Of a stretch of DNA of 64,000 nt, positions 8,750 through 17,666 are shown one piece after another. Source of the stretch: an uncultured Mollicutes bacterium. Its GTDB lineage: Bacteria; Bacillota_I; Bacilli_A; RFN20; CAG-826. Position 1 is the first letter of the stretch; every line of letters begins with the position of its first letter. The translations under genes and the position numbers were made by a program. The notes beneath the pieces are model-generated. The model saw only the letters and a program-made list of their open reading frames with translations, was not told the origin of the DNA and ran no database searches. The stretch lies in assembly GCA_900545015.1 (NCBI GenBank), contig UQXJ01000005.1, forward strand, positions 2,668 to 66,667, read 5' to 3'.

Positions 8750-10540
8750 ATGGGTGCTAAGAAACCAGAATTAATTTTTTTATCGATGACCTTTTTGATT
8801 TCAAATGGTCTTTTTTCTTGTAGTAAACCAATACAAGAAATAGATGAAAGTGTCAATGAAATTAAGATTGTATGTAATGAATCAAAAATGAAATATATTG
8901 GTGATTTCATTGATGAATTTAAAACTCAAAATCCACAATATAAATTAATTATTGATTTTGAACCTGATGAAAAAATTGAATATTATATAAATCATGATCA
9001 AATTGATGCTGATATTGTTTTAGCAAATGAATTATTAACAATTAATGGAACGGATGATAAATTTGTTGATATATCGCGTAATGAATATACAAACGAATTT
9101 GGTAAAAATGCTCTCGTTCATTTAAAGACTTTAGCTGGAAAGATTTATGCTCTCCCTTCACCTGGAATTTTACTTACTTATTGTGTTAACGAGACACTTT
9201 TTGATTATTATAATTTTACAGTTCCAACAACAATTAATGAACTTATTGATTTTGTTCGTTATTCAAAACAATTTGCGATTCCTTATGTTTCATCATTTAC
9301 TGAAAACGATGCTTTTCTTGATGTTTTAATGCAAGCAACAATACCTTCATTTTATTCAACACCAATTGGCTATAAATATTTTAATGATGTATATTATGGG
9401 GAACATAGTGTCACAACTTTATCGTCATTAAATCAATTTTATGAATCTTTATATAACTTTTACGAGCTTTTTAGAGAAAAATACTTTGATCCAACTAAAA
9501 TCAGTGATAAAGGAATTGATGATTTTTTTAGTGGAAAAGCATTCATGACATCTTTAGCATCAACGATGGAATTTCAAAACAAATATAAAGAAAAGAAATC
9601 TGATTTTAAATATAGATTCATCCCTTATCTAGGAACAAGTGCTGATTCAAATTGGGCTTTAACACGACCAAATTTTTATATTGGAACGTTAAAGAAAAAT
9701 TATGAAAAGAAAAAAGAAGCGCTTGATGCTTTCAATGCTTATTTTTCAAGCTACAAAGGACAAAAAACATTAGTAAATTATTCAAGCGATAGCATAATCA
9801 CCCCACTCATCAGCTATAGAACTGATTTAAATAAAAAACTTAGTTCAAATTTTGAGGATGTAACTAATGCAATTAGTGAAGGACGATTATATTTTTTTGA
9901 TAAATTTTATTCATTAGCTTCTATAAATGTTGAAGATTATAAAAGCTATGCAAAAGATTTAATTTCAACAAATACGCTTATAGAACGTATTAATAAATCA
10001 GTTGATGATCTTATAGCTCGCATTGATTATAACTATATAATTCCTGAATTAATTTTACCTAGTGATGAAAGTTCAAACGAAAGAAAAAAGAACTTAATTA
10101 AGTCAATAAATGGTATTTTTATAAAATACCTTGGTGTTAATGCTTCTGTTTTGCCCTTCGATTTCTTAAAATATGAAATTTTTGATGGTACTTTTTCTAA
10201 AAAAGAAATGGAAATCATTTTTGATAAAGACGTTACAGTTATAGTGGCTAAATTAAAAGGTGAGAAATTAAAATCTATATGTGAAACTATCTTTTTCTCA
10301 AAAGATTTTAGTTATGATTTTTCAGGAGTATCATGTTTTAATGATGATAATGGATATAAATTTTTATTCAATAACAAGAAAGAAATTGATGATGATAAAG
10401 AATATCTATTACTTGTTCCAGATGGATTTTTAGATGATGATATTGAAGTTATATCGAAAAGCGAAAAATTTTCATGTTATGACCTTTTAAAAAGAATCTT
10501 AAAGGAAAATTTTCCTTCAAAAGCGGAGGAAGAAATATGA
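8750..10540 (+). CDS. Lipoprotein with an N-terminal extracellular solute-binding-protein-like domain
   Basis: Signal peptide with lipobox LFSC. The N-terminal region resembles family-1 SBPs (IKIVCNESKMKYIGDFIDEFKTQNPQYKLIIDFEPDEK...DADIVLAN). No adjacent ABC permease or ATPase. No clear RBS at 8750, so the start is uncertain. Confidence 0.5.
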   Translation: MGAKKPELIFLSMTFLISNGLFSCSKPIQEIDESVNEIKIVCNESKMKYIGDFIDEFKTQNPQYKLIIDFEPDEKIEYYINHDQIDADIVLANELLTINGTDDKFVDISRNEYTNEFGKNALVHLKTLAGKIYALPSPGILLTYCVNETLFDYYNFTVPTTINELIDFVRYSKQFAIPYVSSFTENDAFLDVLMQATIPSFYSTPIGYKYFNDVYYGEHSVTTLSSLNQFYESLYNFYELFREKYFDPTKISDKGIDDFFSGKAFMTSLASTMEFQNKYKEKKSDFKYRFIPYLGTSADSNWALTRPNFYIGTLKKNYEKKKEALDAFNAYFSSYKGQKTLVNYSSDSIITPLISYRTDLNKKLSSNFEDVTNAISEGRLYFFDKFYSLASINVEDYKSYAKDLISTNTLIERINKSVDDLIARIDYNYIIPELILPSDESSNERKKNLIKSINGIFIKYLGVNASVLPFDFLKYEIFDGTFSKKEMEIIFDKDVTVIVAKLKGEKLKSICETIFFSKDFSYDFSGVSCFNDDNGYKFLFNNKKEIDDDKEYLLLVPDGFLDDDIEVISKSEKFSCYDLLKRILKENFPSKAEEEI

Positions 10541-13500
10541 AAAAAATAAATTTATTTATTTTAAGCTCTGCTTTAATTATAGCTCCTTTAACAAGTTGCA
10601 AAACTGATGATAACAAAGGTAAAGAAACACATTTTCCAGTGAAAGATTTTGAATTAATTGGTTTTGATTCAAATAAACCTTATACAGTTGGTGAAATCAT
10701 CGATTTCACTAAAATGTCTTTACTTATAACTCGTAATGATGAATCAACTGAAACTATTAAAGCATTTAGCAATGACGTAACGATTAAAGGTGCATCAACT
10801 GAAGCTCCTGGATCCTTTACTTTTGAGATTACTTTTGAAAATAAAACAAATAATTATCGATATAGCGTTATTCAAAATTATGTAACTCTTGATTTTAATG
10901 GAGGAACTTTCGAAGACAAAAAAAGAAATAAAACTTCCTTTATATAATAATCAAGTCGATCTTTCTAAATATAGTCCAGAATTAACATGTGATGATGAAA
11001 AATCTTATAAATTTTCAGGTTGGTATTACGATAAAGAAAACACAAAAAGAGCAACTTATTTAATTGATAAAAATTTTATATCTTATGACAATACAACTCT
11101 TTATGCAGGATACGATTTAGATTATTCTGATGAATTTATCTATTCAATTAATGAAAGAGAAGGAACATGTGAACTTATATCGCCAAATTTTGATAATCCT
11201 TTTAATTTGGTTTCGACTGATACCCTTTATATTCCTAAAACTATTGAAGGTTATAAAGTAACATCGATTGCTGATGATTTTCTTGCTAAAAAAACGATTG
11301 ATGAAACTACTGGAGATGTTAGTTTTTCGGATTATGCCTGGCTAGCCAATTATAGAAAAATTGTTTTTCCTAGCGATTCATATGTTCAAACGATTGGAGC
11401 AAGATGTTTTAAAGGAGTTGTGACGCTTGTTAGCATTGAATTACCTAATTCTTTATTAACAATAGGAAAGGAAGCGTTTAGTGAAACTAAGCTTAATGGA
11501 ACTTTAACATTACCAAGTTCACTTAGAAAAATAGGTGAAAGTGCGTTTAGCTATGGAACTGGTAATTTATTAAAAGTTGAATTTAATGAAAATAGTGCAA
11601 TTAAAGTTATTGGAGAAAATGCTTTTCAAAATAATTTAAGTTTACATGAAGTTGAGCTTCCTAAAGGACTTGAAGAAATTAGAGAAGGAGCTTTTTCTAA
11701 TTGTAGAGATATTATTAATTTAAATTTGCCTTCGAGTTTATCAATTGTTGGAGTAAATGCTTTTAAATTAATGGATGGATTAAAAAATATAAATGTAGAT
11801 AAAGACAATCCTTTCTTTACAAGTTTAGATGGAAATTTATTTGATAAAAACATGACAAAATTAATTAAATATTGTTATGGAGAAAACGAAAAAGAATATA
11901 CTTTACCTAAATCAACTTTATACATAGATGATTCAGCTTTTAATGTTTTTGACTCTTTTATTTCACTTCAAAAATTAAATTTAAATGAAGGTTTAATTTA
12001 TATAGGAAGTGATGCGTTTAATGGTTGTACTTTTGAGTTTACTATTCCAAGTTCACTTAGAAATTTTGCTATTAATGCATTTAATGGATATAAGGGAACT
12101 TCATATAAAGTTGATGCGAAAAATAAATACTATTCTTGTGTTGATGGCTTACTTTGTTCAAAAAGTGGAAGAACTTTATATTCAGTTCCTGGAAATTACG
12201 ATACAAGGTTTTTTATTCTTAATGAAAATGTCGAAACGATTGGCGAATATGCGTTTTTTAATAACCAAAAAATTACTTTTATCAGAGTTCCTGAAGATAG
12301 TAAGTTAAGCGTGATTAAAAAGAACGCAATGATTTTAACATCTTTTAAAAATCTTAGATTAATTGAATTTAAAATTGAAAAGATGTTTACGATTTCTCGC
12401 GATTCATTTATCGCTCCTAATACAACATTTCACAAAAGTGTAATACCAATTATTTTTTATGATGAATACGTTAAAAAAGCATTTGAACAAAGATTTTATC
12501 GTAATGTAGAAGACGCTCAAAGCAAAGAAAATCAAACACTTTTATTAATGAATGATGAAATAAAAGAAAATGCATTGAAATATTTATATAAATCGACAGG
12601 TTTATCAAAACTTGAAGATTATAAAAAAGGAATAATGCCTCGATTAAATAAAGCAATTAATTTTGGTGAAGATGATTTTAAACTTGCTTCAACTTTATTA
12701 ATGTATATGTATCGAAATGGGTTCTATGAAAGTGACGAAATTCAATATTATAAATTGATTGAAAAGAATATTTTGAGCTCATTATATTATGCTGAAAAAG
12801 AAAATAGTAATACTATTAATCCGTTTGCAAATTATAATTTTTATCATGCTAGAACTGAAGTATATCCAAATGAATTTAAAGAAGATTTATTACCTTTAAT
12901 TAATAAAATAGATGCTTATTACAAAGGATTTGAAGTAGATTTAGATATAAATGCGATAAGTGCTTTGATAATGGATTTTGATATCTCTCAAAACAATTTT
13001 AATAATGAAGAAGCAAAAAAATTACTTAAAAGACTAGAAGAATTACGCATTGAAAGTAGGTCATTAGGCGAACAAGTTTATATTAGATATAATGCAATAA
13101 AGGCGTCTTCTTTAATTTACGAATGTTTAGAACATAATAAATTTAATGATGAAGATATGCTTTTTTTAGAAAGCAAGATTGAAGATAATTCAACTAATAA
13201 TTATTATGGCATAAGAAGTTATTTAAATGGTTGGTTTAATAATGAATTTAGGCAATCAATTCTTTATAAATTTGATGAATTTAAAACGCTTTTAGATGAG
13301 TATGATGCTAAAAAAGAAACGTTTAAAAATAACTTAATAAATAATGTTAATAACTTCGATTATTCTATCTTTGATGAAGCAAAATTTAATACTTTTTATG
13401 ATAAAAATGTTAGTCATTTATTAAATGAGCATTATTATGATTTATCAAGCGAAGAAAGAGCGATTTGCTATACGATAATTTCAATGATTAATATTAATGA

Positions 13501-14092
13501 TTTTCTTAATGATAATGAAAAAATTAGTGATGATAATTTTATTTTGAAATATGAAAAAATTAATGAAATTGATAATTTATTAAGTGAGGTGAGTGTTAAT
13601 TCAAGTATTGATTATGAAGCAATTATCGAATCAAATTTCCCTACGTATATTACAAAAAAAGATGAAGTAATTAATTACAAAAACACTTTTGTCGATGAAC
13701 TAAAAAATGAAATTATTAACTTTGAAATTAATAAAGAAAATTTAAAGAATAAATATAATCTTTTAATAGAAAAAATCAAAAAACTTGGAAGTTTTTCATC
13801 AGATTGTTTACGCGATGATAATGATATATTTATCAATAAATATTATATTATCCAAGCATCTTTTATTATCTATAATTTAATTGAAAATTATCCTAATAAA
13901 ACAAAAGAAAATTATAACGAAATTAGAGATTATCTTTATGATCATATTGATTTTGATTCGTGTACATTTATAAATGGAAAAGTAGGAATAATTAACGATT
14001 TTTTAACTCATTTGAATAATGACACTTCATCAATTTATGAGTATGATAAATATGTTGAATATATAGACTTTATAGAACAGGGGTTAAACTAG
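10537..14092 (+). pseudogene. Surface lipoprotein with Listeria-Bacteroides repeat and BspA-type leucine-rich repeats, split by a frameshift in an A7 tract
   Basis: ORF 10537..10947 has a signal peptide with lipobox LTSC. ORF 10889..14092 (TTG, no signal peptide) continues the same domain. Reading ...VTLDFNGGTFEDKK then, skipping one A, EIKLPLYNNQVDLSKYSPELTCDDEKSYKFSGWYYD reconstitutes a Listeria-Bacteroides repeat. Downstream are LRR_5-type repeats (IGARCFKG, IGKEAFSE, IGESAFSY, IGENAFQN, IREGAFSN). Confidence 0.65.
10918..10924 (+). repeat. A7 homopolymer at the frameshift junction of the LRR lipoprotein gene
   Basis: Counted directly: gac-aaaaaaa-gaa. Removing one A (A6), or adding two, fuses frames 10537 and 10889. 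Confidence 0.9.
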
Positions 14093-14093
14093 T

Positions 14094-17000
14094 TTGGAAG
14101 AGGGCAGATTAATTTTTACTATTCAAAATGATACTCATAAAGTTATAAGTATCAATCTTGATGAACTTCGTGTTCCGATATCTTTTGAAGAATATTTTAA
14201 TCAATATATTAGTAAAGATATTCTTTTTATTTTAGATGAAAATTATAATGAAAATACTATTTTAAATTTTATCCTTAATGAACGTGAATTCGGAACTATT
14301 ACATTTAATGGAAATAATAATGAATATGTTTATAAATTCACTTTATATAGTAGAAATGAATCTAAAACAACAATTACAATTGATCGATATTATTCAGCAA
14401 AAAATGTTGAAGTAACTTATGACTTTTTAACAGGAGTTTATTCAAGAAATTATTTAGTTTCTGAAATTCAAAAGCAACTTGATAAAGGATATAATTTTAA
14501 TTCTTATATTATAATTATTGACCTTGATAATTATAAACAAATTAATGATACATTTGGTCACCTCGTTGGTGATTTATGCTTAAAGAAAATTGTATCTGAC
14601 GTTAAACTTGTTTTTAAAAATCATTTAGTTGGAAGATATGGTGGAGATGAATTTTTAATTTATGTTAAAGATGTAACGCTTGATGAACTTCACGCTTTAA
14701 TTGAAGAAGCATTAAAAATTGAATTTAAATATACAAAAGGAATTAAATCAAGTGATGCTGTTACAATTTCTATAGGTATTAGTAAAGAAATAGGAAATAG
14801 AGAAAATTTAGATGAACTTGTAGAAGAAGCTGATGAAGCTTTATATAAATGTAAAAGACTAGGAAAAAACCTTGGATCTTTTTATAAAGGCAAAATTTAT
14901 GTCGGTCCAAAGAACAATAAAGCACTTAGAAAAAAGACAAGAATTTCATCTTCTTACACCTTTAAAGAAGAAATTAGAAGAAAAAAAGTCTTGTTTTACA
15001 CGCTTTTTATAAGTTTATCTGCATTTTTTGTTGTTTTATCTTTAACTATTAACATTGTTTATAATCTTAACATTAGTAGTCAAGCAGACTCAATTGCAAG
15101 CTCCTTAATGTATCAGCAAAGTAGTGATGTTGCTGATAAAACAAAAAAAGAAATTGAATATGTTTATGCTCGACTTTATAGTGCAACAAGGATTATGGAA
15201 AACATAGAAGCTTCAACACTTGATGAGTTTTATAGTTCAGCAATTACAAAAACTGAAGAATTTGTGGACATAAATCACGCTGGATTAATTTTAAATAATG
15301 GCAATGCGTATTATAAATACAAAGATGAACTTAGACTTTATAATTTAACAAATAAAGCGATTAATACGATTGAAAACCTTAATAATAAAATAGCTTGTGC
15401 AGAAAGAGTTCAATTTGCTGATCAAGATGTTATTATGATTTCTACTCCTTATGACAAAGAAGTTTCTTTTGGTAGTAACAAAGCAAGTATCTCAGGAATT
15501 TTTTGTTATTATAGTATTGAAGAAGCAAGACATAATATTTTTGATTCTTTACGAGTCGATACGACAAAGTATTTATCGATTATTACAAGTGATGGGAGTA
15601 AAATCCTTGATACACAAGTGACTAATGATTTATCTATTTTTCAAGATTTAACAAATGTTTTAAATGTTTATAAAAATGATAAAAATCAATACGAAAAATT
15701 TGTTAACTACATTGATAATGATTCTTCAAAAGTTGAATTATTTGATATTAATAGAAGAAAATATTATTTCTTTATAAAAGATATTGAAAAAGTTGAAAAT
15801 TGGAAGATTTTATATGTTGTTTCTTATAGTGACATTCTTTTTTATATTGGGAATTTGGTTAGGCTTTCTGAAGTTTCTATGCTCACTGTTAGCGTTACAA
15901 CAATTGTGTTAGTTTTATTCGTTTTATCTTTATTTTATAGGATAAAAATGAAAAGTTTTATTGCTAAATTTGTTGACCCACTTACAGGTATAATAAACGA
16001 ACATAGATTTGTAATTGATGCAAAAGAAGCAATTAAAAAACGTCCAGGTGATTGGTATATTATTTATATAAATATCGCTCATTTTAAATTTATTAATAAT
16101 CAAATTGGTTCAAATAAAACTGATGCTCTTATTAAAGATATTGCACTTTATTTATCAAAAAATATTAAAGAAAACGAGATGGTATCACGTGAATTTAATG
16201 ATAGATTTATGCTTTTACTTAAATGTGAAACACTTGGAATATGTAAAGAAAGAATATCGAAACTTCTTGATGTTTTAACTGATGAAATACCTTCTAAATA
16301 TGATGTAAAACTTATAATGAGTGCTGGTATTTATAATTTTGAAAATCAAGATGAAACGACGTATCTTGCAATTGATAAAGCTCGTATAGCTGCTGAATCT
16401 GTTTATATAGGAAGAAAACCATATTATTTATGTGTTTTTGATACTGAAATGGAACAAAAAAGTGAAATGGATAATTATATTGAGCAAGCTAAAGAATTTG
16501 CTTTGCAAAACAACAAATTTAAAGTCTATTATCAAGGAATTTATGATCCTAAAATTAAAGAATTTATTGGATGTGAAGCTTTAGTACGTTGGAAAGATGA
16601 TAAATATGGATTTATTAATACTCAATATTTTATTGATCTTTTTGAAAACAATGGATTTATCTTAAAACTTGATTTATTTGTTTTTGAAACTGTTTTAAAA
16701 GATTTAAGTGAAAGAATTAATAGAAATGAAAAAGTCATTCCTATTTCAGTTAATTTATCAAGAAGACATTTCCATATTGATAATTTCCTTGATGAGTATG
16801 AAGAACTCATGAATAAATATAATGTTGATGGTAAATATCTTGATTTTGAAATTACTGAATCTGTTATTTTAAATGAACGTATTAATTTAGAAAACATCAT
16901 TGCAAAAATTCATAGCTTTGGATCGACTGTGTCAATTGATGATTTTGGATGTGGTTTTTCAAATCTTAGTATGATTAATAAAGTTGACTTTGATTATTTA

Positions 17001-17243
17001 AAACTCGATAAAAAACTATTTGTTGGTAAAAGCTATTTTGATGACAATAGTAAACGAATCCTTGAGATGGTTTGTAAACTTATTAAATCACTTGGAAAGA
17101 AAACAATTTGTGAAGGTGTTGAAAGTAAAAAACAAGTAACTTTCTTAAAATCAATTGGTTGCGATTACATCCAAGGCTATTATTATTCTAAGCCTTGCGA
17201 AAAAGAAGAATTTGCTAAACAATTTGAAGAAAATAAAAAATAA
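14094..17243 (+). CDS. Bifunctional c-di-GMP enzyme: N-domain - GGDEF (intact) - TM - extracytoplasmic sensor - TM - GGDEF-like (degenerate) - EAL (intact)
   Basis: TTG start 1 nt after the upstream stop, with AGGGG about 11 nt upstream. First GGDEF domain: DFLTGVYSRNY, DLDNYKQINDTFGHLVGD, RYGGDEFLIY. Second domain has FNDRF in place of GGDEF. EAL motifs: GCEALVRW, SVNLS, EITES, DDFGCGFSN, KLDKKLF, CEGVES, QGYYYSKP. Confidence 0.8.
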   Translation: MEEGRLIFTIQNDTHKVISINLDELRVPISFEEYFNQYISKDILFILDENYNENTILNFILNEREFGTITFNGNNNEYVYKFTLYSRNESKTTITIDRYYSAKNVEVTYDFLTGVYSRNYLVSEIQKQLDKGYNFNSYIIIIDLDNYKQINDTFGHLVGDLCLKKIVSDVKLVFKNHLVGRYGGDEFLIYVKDVTLDELHALIEEALKIEFKYTKGIKSSDAVTISIGISKEIGNRENLDELVEEADEALYKCKRLGKNLGSFYKGKIYVGPKNNKALRKKTRISSSYTFKEEIRRKKVLFYTLFISLSAFFVVLSLTINIVYNLNISSQADSIASSLMYQQSSDVADKTKKEIEYVYARLYSATRIMENIEASTLDEFYSSAITKTEEFVDINHAGLILNNGNAYYKYKDELRLYNLTNKAINTIENLNNKIACAERVQFADQDVIMISTPYDKEVSFGSNKASISGIFCYYSIEEARHNIFDSLRVDTTKYLSIITSDGSKILDTQVTNDLSIFQDLTNVLNVYKNDKNQYEKFVNYIDNDSSKVELFDINRRKYYFFIKDIEKVENWKILYVVSYSDILFYIGNLVRLSEVSMLTVSVTTIVLVLFVLSLFYRIKMKSFIAKFVDPLTGIINEHRFVIDAKEAIKKRPGDWYIIYINIAHFKFINNQIGSNKTDALIKDIALYLSKNIKENEMVSREFNDRFMLLLKCETLGICKERISKLLDVLTDEIPSKYDVKLIMSAGIYNFENQDETTYLAIDKARIAAESVYIGRKPYYLCVFDTEMEQKSEMDNYIEQAKEFALQNNKFKVYYQGIYDPKIKEFIGCEALVRWKDDKYGFINTQYFIDLFENNGFILKLDLFVFETVLKDLSERINRNEKVIPISVNLSRRHFHIDNFLDEYEELMNKYNVDGKYLDFEITESVILNERINLENIIAKIHSFGSTVSIDDFGCGFSNLSMINKVDFDYLKLDKKLFVGKSYFDDNSKRILEMVCKLIKSLGKKTICEGVESKKQVTFLKSIGCDYIQGYYYSKPCEKEEFAKQFEENKK

Positions 17244-17511
17244 GTGAGTTTTGCAAAGATTTTTCGAAAAAAATTTAAAAAATACACTCATAGTAGGTTG
17301 ACCAAGTAAATAATTTTATGATAAGATTTCATCAGTTAAATATTTTTTATTTGTAGACTTATTAAAAATTTAAAAAAAGTAAAAGGTAAAAACTATATTT
17401 TTTGTACAAAATATTTAATTACGTTTTGATATTTAATTAACTCGAAGTTCTAAAGACTTATATATTTTTTGGATATAATCTTTGTAAATTTTACATGAGA
17501 TATATATAATA

Positions 17512-17590
17512 TCTCCTGAAAAAGGCAAAACTAAAGTGATTTAGTGACGCAAAACTATAGGGTCTTCAATAGACAGCCAGTTACCATAAT
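17512..17590 (+). promoter_or_regulatory. Candidate c-di-GMP-I (GEMM-I) riboswitch
   Basis: GGCAAAA (17524-17530). Hairpin CUAAA-GUGA-UUUAG (17531-17544) with a GNRA loop. GACGCAAA (17546-17553). Hairpin CUAU...AUAG (17555-17572). ACAGCCAGUUACC (17573-17585). TATAAT at 17505-17510 just upstream. Lies in a 423-nt intergenic region before ATG 17667. Confidence 0.65.
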
Positions 17591-17666
17591 TTTGAATAAT
17601 TATTTATTAAATTTATCGTTTTATTTTGCTATAAAACTGATCTTGGACGATTCAAAGGGGAAAATT

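Noticed and set aside
17586-17660. Attempt to define the riboswitch expression platform (hairpin ATCGTTTTA...TAAAACTGAT near 17617-17643)
   Set aside because: The stem is A-U rich with a bulge, has no following U-run, and shows no clear complementarity to the RBS. I cannot tell whether control is transcriptional or translational.
17544-17666. GTG-initiated N-terminal extension of the 1063-aa ORF
   Set aside because: It runs through the candidate GEMM-I aptamer and has no RBS. ATG 17667 has an AAGGGG RBS and begins a typical basic stretch followed by TM helices.
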